Part shown: in pieces, positions 1-7,126 of the stretch | Position numbering within the stretch: position 1 is the stretch's first letter | Layout: each line of letters begins with the position of its first letter | Source of the DNA: an uncultured virus (IMG/VR IMGVR_UViG_3300051212_001283) | Lineage: Duplodnaviria; Heunggongvirae; Uroviricota; Caudoviricetes | DNA length: 20,000 bases | Virus record (IMG/VR): IMGVR_UViG_3300051212_001283 | Strand: one strand, 5' to 3' | Translations under genes and position numbers: made by a program | The notes under the pieces: model-generated | The model's input: only the letters and a program-made list of their open reading frames with translations | Database searches by the model: none | What the model was told of the DNA's origin: nothing

Positions 1-9
1 ACTATTACT

Positions 10-336
10 ATGCCTGAAAACACTAATCATCTCTGGAAATACAACGAAGATAAAATTCTTAAAGATATTGAAGACTATGTGACTAGCACCTACGGAAGTC
101 ACTATTGTGGTCACAATCAGCAGTATCAGGACATTCAAACGATTGACTTGATGGCTGCTAAAGACCTTGCTCCTGGATTCTGCCAGGCGAACATCCTGAA
201 GTATGGAAGTCGCTATGGTGATAAGGATGGTCGCAACAAGCGTGATCTTCTCAAAGTGATTCATTATGCTATGCTTCTGCTTCACTTTGATGGGCATTAT
301 TCTCGTAAAGATAATGGTTTGACCGAATTCCGTTGA
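10..336 (+). CDS. Conserved T4-like phage protein, DUF3310-like
   Basis: Motif pattern HY...IQTIDL...GFCQANILKYGSRYGDKDG..RDLLKVIHY resembles DUF3310-type phage proteins; lies directly upstream of gp45. Confidence 0.6.
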   Translation: MPENTNHLWKYNEDKILKDIEDYVTSTYGSHYCGHNQQYQDIQTIDLMAAKDLAPGFCQANILKYGSRYGDKDGRNKRDLLKVIHYAMLLLHFDGHYSRKDNGLTEFR

Positions 337-338
337 TT

Positions 339-1025
339 ATGAAACTCCAAGACAAAACTATGAAACTCTCTGACAACACCCTGACTATCCTCAAGAACTT
401 TGCTGGAATCAATAACTCTATTCTTGTGAAGCAGGGTAACAAACTCCGCACGATTTCTGTTGCCAAGAATATCCTGGCAGAAGCAGATATCACTGAAGAG
501 TTCCCCCGTGACTTTGCTATCTATGACCTCAATCAGTTTCTTAATGGTCTGAGTCTTCATAACGACCCTGACCTTGATTTCAAAGAAGATTCTTATCTGA
601 GTATCAAAGAAGGTAAGCGTCGTGTGAAGTATTTCTTTGCCGACCCCAATGTGATTATCTCTCCTCCCGATAAAGATATTCAACTTCCTTCTCAGGATGT
701 TTGTTTCCAACTGGATAGCACTTCTTTGGAAAAACTGGTGAAGGCGGCAGCAGTATATCAACTGCCAGACCTCTCTGCGATTGGTGAGGCAGGTGTCATC
801 AAACTGGTGGTGCGTGACAAAAAGAATGATACTTCTAATGAATATGCCATTGTGGTTGGTGAGACTGATGATGAGTTTACTTTCAACTTCAAAGTAGAAA
901 ACATTAAGATTATTCCTGGTGCCTATGATGTGGTTGTGTCTTCTAAACTTTTGTCACAATTCACGAATACCAAATACAATCTGACTTATTATATTGCTCT
1001 GGAACCTGATTCTACTTTCGGTTGA
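339..1025 (+). CDS. gp45: DNA polymerase sliding clamp (T4 gp45 homolog)
   Basis: MKLS..TL.ILKNFAGIN.SIL start, FAIYDLNQFL, C-terminal YYIALEPDSTF; ATG at 339 (alternative ATG at 360). Confidence 0.95.
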   Translation: MKLQDKTMKLSDNTLTILKNFAGINNSILVKQGNKLRTISVAKNILAEADITEEFPRDFAIYDLNQFLNGLSLHNDPDLDFKEDSYLSIKEGKRRVKYFFADPNVIISPPDKDIQLPSQDVCFQLDSTSLEKLVKAAAVYQLPDLSAIGEAGVIKLVVRDKKNDTSNEYAIVVGETDDEFTFNFKVENIKIIPGAYDVVVSSKLLSQFTNTKYNLTYYIALEPDSTFG

Positions 1026-1453
1026 TGGAATTTCTTCTTTATCTTTCTACTCAACAGATGGATATCTATAAAATGGTATCTAACAAAGTTCGAGTAGTTG
1101 AAAATGCTCCAATTTGTAAAAAGTATCAGATTTTTGGATTCTACGACAGTACAAAAAGAGTTCTAACAATGTGTACGGATACTCTGAAAAAATTTGGAAA
1201 TCCGCACACTAGTGTTAATGAGACTCTAATGCATGAGTCTGTTCATGTTGCTCAATCTTGCAAAACTAGATTTACTTTTTTAGATTCTTTTGGTATCAAT
1301 CCTTCTCTTATGCCTTTAAGTTATCAAAAAGAACAAGATCTAAAGAAAGTGATTGCTTTCGATTCCAGACTTAAAAATGTTGATAGGGAAGCATTTTGGA
1401 TGGAAGATAAACCAGAAAAAGTAAAGTATGTAGTTCAAAAGTATTGCTTCTGA
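1025..1453 (+). CDS. Hypothetical protein with HExxH zincin-like motif
   Basis: ETLMHESVHVAQ followed by DREAF; ATG overlaps gp45 stop (TGATG). Confidence 0.6.
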   Translation: MEFLLYLSTQQMDIYKMVSNKVRVVENAPICKKYQIFGFYDSTKRVLTMCTDTLKKFGNPHTSVNETLMHESVHVAQSCKTRFTFLDSFGINPSLMPLSYQKEQDLKKVIAFDSRLKNVDREAFWMEDKPEKVKYVVQKYCF

Positions 1454-1965
1454 TGAACATCTTCGTTACTTCTCCTTGGCCAGCAGAGAGTGCTATTTGT
1501 CTTCCTGACAAGCACATCGTCAAGATGCCCTTAGAATGTTGTCAAATGCTTTCTATCGTGGCATCAGAGAAATGGGGGCACGGATATGGTTACTTGTACA
1601 AAACTGACCATACCCCTTACAAAACTGAAAAAGGTGCATTCCGTAATCATCCCTGCACCAAATGGGCAATGGAAAACATTCATAATGCCTATTGGTTGAT
1701 TAAGTGGGGTCTCAACTTGTGCGATGAGTACACTTTGCGGTATAATAAGACTCACTCCTGCTACAAGACTCTTGTAGATGCTTTCTACTTGTTTCCAAGG
1801 GGCAAGATACCAGAAGTGACACCATTCGCAAGGGCAATGCCAGAAGAATGGAAATTTGATGAGAGCATTGATACCTTTACTGCATATAAAAGGTACATTG
1901 CTTCAAAACCTTGGGTTGCATCTAATTATCTTCGTATGCCAGAAAGGAGACCATCTTGGGTGTAA
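1453..1965 (+). CDS. Pyrimidine-dimer DNA glycosylase-like protein (DenV/Pyr_excise-related)
   Basis: MNIF...P...A..L.DKHIVKMPLECCQMLS, NHPCTKW, LC.EYT.RY.K.H, FARAMP motifs; TGATG coupling to upstream gene. Confidence 0.7.
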   Translation: MNIFVTSPWPAESAICLPDKHIVKMPLECCQMLSIVASEKWGHGYGYLYKTDHTPYKTEKGAFRNHPCTKWAMENIHNAYWLIKWGLNLCDEYTLRYNKTHSCYKTLVDAFYLFPRGKIPEVTPFARAMPEEWKFDESIDTFTAYKRYIASKPWVASNYLRMPERRPSWV

Positions 1966-1970
1966 ATAAC

Positions 1971-2012
1971 TCATTTGCTAAATAGTATTATACTACGAGG
2001 TTTAGTAAATGA
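1971..2012 (+). promoter_or_regulatory. Late-type promoter (CTAAATA 1978-1984) within a hairpin covering the start codon of the GIY-YIG gene
   Basis: TCATTTGCTAAAT (1971-1983) pairs with GTTTAGTAAATGA (2000-2012), 13 bp with two G-U; SD GAGG 1997-2000; ATG 2009. Confidence 0.75.
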
Positions 2013-2542
2013 ACTGCGTTTATCAAATACGAAATAAAATAACAGGAGAAAATTACATAGGTTCTACTGAAAAAAATTATATGCTTAGATTTGCTAAACA
2101 TATAACTATGTGTGCTTCTAATAAAATGGATTGCCCTAAACTTTATGAAAATTTTTTAAAGTATGGATATCATAATTTTACTATTGAAGTAGTTAAGTGG
2201 ATTCACGAAGATGAAGAAATTAAATCAGTAGAACGACAATATTGTGAGTGGTTAAAACCTTCATTGAATTCTCTATGGGGTACAAAACATACTAAAGATT
2301 CTATTGATAAAATGCGTAAATCGCAAAGAGAATATTGGTCTAAAAATTCTCACCCAAGAAAAGGAGTTCCTTTTACTGAAGAGCACAGAAAAAATCTTTC
2401 AAAATCTATGGGCAAAAAATGTTGTGTTGATGGAGTCATTTATGAATCTGTAAAAGAGTGTGCTAAAATACTTGATATCCACAGGGATACTGCAAGTTGG
2501 AGAATGAGAAGTAAATCGTTCCCAAATTATTATTACATTTGA
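2009..2542 (+). CDS. Free-standing GIY-YIG homing endonuclease (Seg-like) with NUMOD3-like and C-terminal HTH-like modules
   Basis: CVYQIRNKITGENYIGST (GIY-YIG variant), RF..H, E and LN catalytic-domain positions; HTKDSIDKMRKS and FTEEHRKNLSKS repeats; IYESVKECAKILDI tail; AT-rich. Confidence 0.88.
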   Translation: MNCVYQIRNKITGENYIGSTEKNYMLRFAKHITMCASNKMDCPKLYENFLKYGYHNFTIEVVKWIHEDEEIKSVERQYCEWLKPSLNSLWGTKHTKDSIDKMRKSQREYWSKNSHPRKGVPFTEEHRKNLSKSMGKKCCVDGVIYESVKECAKILDIHRDTASWRMRSKSFPNYYYI

Positions 2543-2557
2543 TTTTTATTTTTTAAT

Positions 2558-3517
2558 ATGGAACTGACTGATAACAAACCATTTCTCTGGGTTGAAAAAT
2601 GGGCACCAGAATCTGTTGAAGATTTGATTCTTACTAAAAGCGTAAAAGAGTTTTTTACTAATGTGGTAAATGAAGGACAACTAAATCAAAATCTTATTCT
2701 TCAAGGTTCTCAAGGATGTGGAAAAACTCAAACAATCAAAACTCTCTGTAAGATTACCAAACAAGATGTTTTGTTTTTGAATGGTTCATCTGAGGGTAGG
2801 TATTTGGATACTATTCGCAATCAAGTCATTAACTTTGGAACAACTGTTTCTATGTTTAATGATAAGAAAAAGGTGGTATTTTTTGACGAGTTTGATGGGA
2901 CAACTAATGATGTGATGCTATGTCTTCGTGGTGTAATTGAACAACTTCACAATAATGTTTGTTTTATTTTTACTTGTAATAATCTAAACAAGATTATTGA
3001 ACCAATTCAATCAAGGTGTGTTGTTCTTAAATACACGCCTATTCCAAAGAATGAAAAATCCCAGTTGATGGTTTCTATTTTTAATAGAATGTCCTATATT
3101 CTTGATGAGGAAAAAGTTGAGTATGATAAAAAAGTTGTAGCAGAACTAATTAAAAATTACTTCCCAGATACAAGACAACTTCTTAATACTCTTCAGCGAT
3201 ATTCTACAGGGGGTAAAATTGACTCAGGAATTCTCGCATCATTCTCAGACATCTCAGTAAATGAACTCATTAAGAATCTCAAAGATAAAAACTTTCCCGA
3301 AGTACGCAAGTGGGTGGTCTCCAACTTGGACAACGATGCTTCTAGTCTACTTCGTAGGGTGTATGACTCCTGTTATGATTGCCTTTCGCCCCAGTCTATC
3401 CCTGCTGCCGTTCTTGTTATTGCTAAGTATCAATACCAATGTTGTTTCGTTGCTGACCAAGAAATTAACCTCTTAGCAGCATTAACTGAAATTATGGTGG
3501 AATGTGAGTTCAAATGA
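2558..3517 (+). CDS. gp44: Clamp loader large subunit, AAA+ ATPase (T4 gp44 homolog)
   Basis: FLWVEKW.P, Walker A GSQGCGKT, Walker B VVFFDEFD, FIFTCN, SRC arginine finger, C-terminal VADQEINLLA.LTEIMVECEFK. Confidence 0.95.
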   Translation: MELTDNKPFLWVEKWAPESVEDLILTKSVKEFFTNVVNEGQLNQNLILQGSQGCGKTQTIKTLCKITKQDVLFLNGSSEGRYLDTIRNQVINFGTTVSMFNDKKKVVFFDEFDGTTNDVMLCLRGVIEQLHNNVCFIFTCNNLNKIIEPIQSRCVVLKYTPIPKNEKSQLMVSIFNRMSYILDEEKVEYDKKVVAELIKNYFPDTRQLLNTLQRYSTGGKIDSGILASFSDISVNELIKNLKDKNFPEVRKWVVSNLDNDASSLLRRVYDSCYDCLSPQSIPAAVLVIAKYQYQCCFVADQEINLLAALTEIMVECEFK

Positions 3518-3735
3518 ATTTATACAAAATTGATTATAAGTCTTTAAAGGAAGAACCTATTAAGACAACTCCTGAGAACGTGAGAGAAGCAAATGAAGGT
3601 TTATTCCATGCTAAAATGACTCTTCCCGCTGCCGCAAAGCATTGTGGTATGACTCAGAAAGAAATGAAACTTACATTTTTTGAATACTTGAAATATCATC
3701 CTAAAGATTATGAAAAAAATGAAACTAACTCTTGA
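3514..3735 (+). CDS. Small conserved hypothetical protein, possible HTH
   Basis: ATGA overlap with gp44; MTLPAAAKHCGMTQKEMKLTF is helix-turn-helix-like. Confidence 0.6.
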   Translation: MNLYKIDYKSLKEEPIKTTPENVREANEGLFHAKMTLPAAAKHCGMTQKEMKLTFFEYLKYHPKDYEKNETNS

Positions 3736-4399
3736 AGATCTTAAAAACACGAATGTCCCTTTCAGGTATTCAAAACAAAAGTATCCAAGTATTGTTTTGA
3801 ATAATTCAATTGATTACCCAAAAATAGTTGTATATGCAGTAAGCACTTATAACATGCTTGTATCTAATCTTGAAAATTGGCAAGTAAATCCAAATTGTTT
3901 TAATATGGGAAGATCAATAACTCATTCATCTTATGATTCGGTTCACTCAAACAGTATTTTTACGGGATATATTTCTGAAGAGGCTGTCAAGAAAAAAAGA
4001 GAAGATTCAAAATATTCTTTGACCAAAGAGCATTGTTTTACACCACAATTTATGATAAAAATGGTGTTAGACAACCATGAAAAATATCTTGCAGATCCTA
4101 ACAAATTTTTTGAGTTATATTATGAATGTTGCCAAACGCGAGAAGTTACAAATGAAGAAAATATAAAATTGTCTCAATGTGTAAAAACTGGAAAAGTTGT
4201 GAATGGTAAAAAGTACAATAATGTTCAGATTTTGACTCCATTATCTCAAAGATACAATTATTGTGGTATTAAAATTCTTAAAAGGGAAAATGGTAGAGGG
4301 TGGTATAATAAAGATATGATTGAAGTAGATGCGACACTTAAAACTCCCGAAGGTTATGATGAATATGAATCTCAATTTTTAGTTAAAAAGTTTGAATAG
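3710..4399 (+). CDS. Hypothetical protein, possible degenerate His-Me (HNH-like) nuclease fold
   Basis: 229-aa AT-rich ORF in operon; EH..TP ... VT.EEN..LS pattern. Confidence 0.5.
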   Translation: MKKMKLTLEDLKNTNVPFRYSKQKYPSIVLNNSIDYPKIVVYAVSTYNMLVSNLENWQVNPNCFNMGRSITHSSYDSVHSNSIFTGYISEEAVKKKREDSKYSLTKEHCFTPQFMIKMVLDNHEKYLADPNKFFELYYECCQTREVTNEENIKLSQCVKTGKVVNGKKYNNVQILTPLSQRYNYCGIKILKRENGRGWYNKDMIEVDATLKTPEGYDEYESQFLVKKFE

Positions 4400-4407
4400 T
4401 TAAAAAT

Positions 4408-5466
4408 ATGTTATCTATTGAAGATGCAATTTGGGCGGCAGATCAATTTATAGAATATTATTCTAAGTTTAATCGTATCGATGATTATCTTCGTTACGTT
4501 AAAAATAGTAGAATGGACAATGCATCTGGGAAACTATTTGGACCAGAAGATGAAATATTTTCGGATTTTAGTATTCATCCGAATGATATGTCTTTTTCTA
4601 TTCATGAAGTAGATACTAATCCAAAAACAACATCTAAGTATAATCAAGATCTTTATTCGGAAATTTTAAACGATACTGCTTCAAATCCTATTGAAGAAGC
4701 AATTCCAGGTAGAACCTTGAAGTGGATTGTAACTGAGAATACTACAAATAAAATAATTGGAGTGGTTCGATTTGGATCTCCAACTATTAATTCAAAACCA
4801 AGAAATGATTATTTTGGAGAGGTTCTTTCTCTTTCCAGAATTAATAGTGAGTTTGTAATGGGATTTAATATCGTTCCAGTACAACCATTTGGATATAATT
4901 ATCTTGGTGGTAAACTTCTTGCTCTTTTAGCATCTTCTAATGAACTCAAAAGACAATTTGACAGTAAGTATGGAATTGATCTTCAATACTTTGAAACAAC
5001 TTCACTATACGGTACAACGAAAGGAGTATCCATGTATGATGGTCTTAAACCTTATATTCGACACATAGGAGATACTGAAAGTAATTTTCTTCCACTTTTC
5101 CATGATGATTATTTCAAAGAAATGTTCTGGTGGTTTAATAATACTGCTAATGGTGGTGAAAGACTTATTTCTGCAGATAAGTCTTCAAAAAAATTGAAGA
5201 TTCAAACTAAGATGATTTCTATTGTTAGAAATTCTTTAAAAGGACATTCTAAGTTGGATGAATTCAATTCTTGTATTGAACATGCCAAATCTTTGACTGA
5301 AAAGAAAAGATATTATATTTCAAGATTTGGATATGAACCACAGGAAGTTATTGAATGGTGGAAAAAAAAGGCATCTAAGAGATATGAAAAATTAAAACTT
5401 GAAGGTCGTTTACGAACTGAACTTGAATTGTGGAAACATGGTAATGATTTGGAGATTATTCGATGA
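4408..5466 (+). CDS. DUF4338 / Druantia DruA-like domain protein
   Basis: VPVQPFGYNYLGGKLLALLASS.E, FETTSLYG...SMYDGL, IG.T motifs resemble DUF4338 family. Confidence 0.65.
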   Translation: MLSIEDAIWAADQFIEYYSKFNRIDDYLRYVKNSRMDNASGKLFGPEDEIFSDFSIHPNDMSFSIHEVDTNPKTTSKYNQDLYSEILNDTASNPIEEAIPGRTLKWIVTENTTNKIIGVVRFGSPTINSKPRNDYFGEVLSLSRINSEFVMGFNIVPVQPFGYNYLGGKLLALLASSNELKRQFDSKYGIDLQYFETTSLYGTTKGVSMYDGLKPYIRHIGDTESNFLPLFHDDYFKEMFWWFNNTANGGERLISADKSSKKLKIQTKMISIVRNSLKGHSKLDEFNSCIEHAKSLTEKKRYYISRFGYEPQEVIEWWKKKASKRYEKLKLEGRLRTELELWKHGNDLEIIR

Positions 5467-5849
5467 CTATGGAATTGAAGGATTGGTTAAACTCAATCAA
5501 TCAAACGAAACAAAATCTAATTGACGAAGATCCTTTACTTGAGAAGGAATATCCTTCTTACATTATCAATCGCTGTCTATCTGGACATATTGATTGTATT
5601 ATGTTTGCGAACGAAGTGAATCAATATCATTTCCTTCCAAAAAAGATGCAATATGATTTTTTGCTAAATAGTCTGAGGAAAAAGAAGAGATTTTCTCCCT
5701 GGATCCGACAAGATAAAATCAAAGATCTTGATTATGTCAAGCGTTATTATGGTTATAGTAATGAAAAGGCAAAACAAGCTTTGAGGATTCTTACTAAAGA
5801 ACAACTTACTTTTATTAAATCAAAATTTGAAACTGGAGGAACAAAATGA
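5463..5849 (+). CDS. gp62: Clamp loader small subunit (T4 gp62 homolog)
   Basis: LKDWLNSINQTK, Y..YIINRCLS...D.IMFANE.N, QYDFLLNSLRKKKRFSPW, YYGYSNEKA; immediately upstream of regA. Confidence 0.93.
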   Translation: MTMELKDWLNSINQTKQNLIDEDPLLEKEYPSYIINRCLSGHIDCIMFANEVNQYHFLPKKMQYDFLLNSLRKKKRFSPWIRQDKIKDLDYVKRYYGYSNEKAKQALRILTKEQLTFIKSKFETGGTK

Positions 5850-6286
5850 GTGTCGTTCAAGAACCTGAAGTGAAGTGGACGCCCGACCAAATGGTTGAAG
5901 TGATTCTTAATGAACCTGATGATTTTCTTAAGGTTCGTGAAACTTTGACTCGCATCGGAGTTGCTTCAAGAAAGGAAAAGAAAATCTATCAATCTTGCCA
6001 TATTCTGCATAAGCAAGGTAGATATTATCTTGTTCATTTTAAGGAACTGTTTGCCCTCGATGGTAAACACGCTAACCTGACTGTGAATGATGTTCAGCGT
6101 CGTAATCGTATTGTCCAATTACTTGCCGATTGGGGTTTAATTACAATCGTAGATGTTACTAAAATTCAGGACATTGCTCCTTTGAATCAAATTAAAGTTC
6201 TTGCTTATAAAGATAAGGGGGACTGGATTCTTGAAACCAAATACAATATTGGTGCAAAGAAGAAAAAGGTAGAGGATACCGAATAA
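5846..6286 (+). CDS. regA: Translational repressor RegA
   Basis: PDDFLKVRETLTRIGVAS, YQSCHILHKQGRYY.VHFKELFALDG, RRNRI..LL.DWGL. Confidence 0.97.
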   Translation: MSVVQEPEVKWTPDQMVEVILNEPDDFLKVRETLTRIGVASRKEKKIYQSCHILHKQGRYYLVHFKELFALDGKHANLTVNDVQRRNRIVQLLADWGLITIVDVTKIQDIAPLNQIKVLAYKDKGDWILETKYNIGAKKKKVEDTE

Positions 6287-6318
6287 AAAGAGGGCGGGTT
6301 TCCTACCCGTCTTTTTTT
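6286..6318 (+). terminator. Rho-independent terminator after regA
   Basis: GGCGGGT-TTCCT-ACCCGTC stem-loop (6293-6311) followed by T7; preceded by an A-run (possibly bidirectional). Confidence 0.85.
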
Positions 6319-6327
6319 ATGATTTAT

Positions 6328-6393
6328 TATAATTATATACGGATGCCGAAAGGATCCACAAAACACAAACTCGCTTTTAAAGGAGCTACCATA
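6328..6393 (+). promoter_or_regulatory. hsp20 leader: -10 TATAAT, GNRA hairpin and ROSE-like SD-sequestering hairpin
   Basis: TATAAT 6328-6333 (no clear -35); GGAT(G)CC-GAAA-GGATCC 6341-6357; CTC(G)CTT 6370-6376 pairs with AAGGAG 6380-6385. Confidence 0.65.
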
Positions 6394-6834
6394 ATGACTA
6401 ACCTTGTAACCTCACGGTTTACACATGCGGATCTTCCTGCCTTATTGGAAAGAATTAATCGCAATAGTATTGGAATGGACGAATACTTTGATCGTCTTTT
6501 CAATCTTCACGAAACAACTTCTAATTATCCCCCATACAACCTTGTTCAAGTCAGTAATGTAGAGTCTAGACTTGAACTTGCACTTGCTGGATTTAAAAAG
6601 GAGGAAGTACATGTATACACGGAGTATGGAAAACTTTTTGTCGAAGGACAAAAGGAAGATAGGGAATCTGATGCCAACTACGTCCATAAGGGACTGGCTC
6701 AACGATCTTTCAAGAGAGCATGGACACTATCAGACGACACGGAAGTACGAGAAGTCCTATTTGAAGACGGACTACTTACTGTAAAACTTGGTAAGATTGT
6801 CCCAGAGCATCACTCTAGGAAAGACTATCTCTAA
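6394..6834 (+). CDS. hsp20: Small heat shock protein (Hsp20/IbpA family)
   Basis: NYPPYN, LELALAGF, YVHKGLAQRSFKRAWTL, DGLL.V.L...VPE; SD AAGGAG supports ATG 6394 rather than 6319. Confidence 0.95.
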   Translation: MTNLVTSRFTHADLPALLERINRNSIGMDEYFDRLFNLHETTSNYPPYNLVQVSNVESRLELALAGFKKEEVHVYTEYGKLFVEGQKEDRESDANYVHKGLAQRSFKRAWTLSDDTEVREVLFEDGLLTVKLGKIVPEHHSRKDYL

Positions 6835-6852
6835 ATAAAAGAAAAACGCCAG

Positions 6853-7032
6853 ATGAAAACCTTTCAGCAGTTTATGGAAAAAGTGGGTGACTTTGGAAAC
6901 CCACCTTTACCAACTAAAGAAAATTGTTATGGTAGAACCGTGAAGTATGCTATGGCACCAAAAAAGAAAATATGTGCTTTAGATACTGACAGTGGTTCTG
7001 GTGGTTCTTCTGGTGATTCTGGTGGTGACTAA
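6853..7032 (+). CDS. 59-aa protein with capsid-targeting-like N-terminus (not in ORF track)
   Basis: Manual translation MKTFQQFMEKVGDFGNPPLPTKENCYGRTVKYAMAPKKKICALDTDSGSGGSSGDSGGD*; CTAAATA late-type promoter at 6831-6837. Confidence 0.7.
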   Translation: MKTFQQFMEKVGDFGNPPLPTKENCYGRTVKYAMAPKKKICALDTDSGSGGSSGDSGGD

Positions 7033-7056
7033 ATACTTTTGAATATCGTCGGCGCT

Positions 7057-7097
7057 AGGGAGGTAACTGGCACAATCCAGTAACACTTCCCTTTTTT
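7057..7097 (+). terminator. Terminator-like hairpin
   Basis: AGGGAGGT/ACTTCCCT outer stem, ACTGG/CCAGT inner stem, CACAAT loop, followed by T-run. Confidence 0.7.
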
Positions 7098-7100
7098 ATG

Positions 7101-7108
7101 AATAAATA
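7101..7108 (+). promoter_or_regulatory. T4-type late promoter for the second GIY-YIG gene
   Basis: AATAAATA 18 nt upstream of ATG 7127. Confidence 0.65.
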
Positions 7109-7126
7109 ATAAGTAGGGTGTTAAAA

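Noticed and set aside
2009..2542. Endonucleases as group I intron-encoded ORFs
   Set aside because: Flanking genes are complete and the spacers are too short for an intron core; the same holds for 7127-7651 and 14946-15482.
4408..5466. Complete Druantia defence system
   Set aside because: No DruE-like helicase or other Dru genes nearby; context is phage replication core.
6319..6393. 25-codon N-terminal extension of Hsp20
   Set aside because: ATG 6319 abuts the terminator and precedes the -10 box; the strong SD supports ATG 6394.
6991..7029. GGTTCT/GGTGGT short repeats as a repeat array or CRISPR
   Set aside because: Simply encode the Gly/Ser tail of the 59-aa ORF; no repeat-spacer periodicity seen anywhere in the window.
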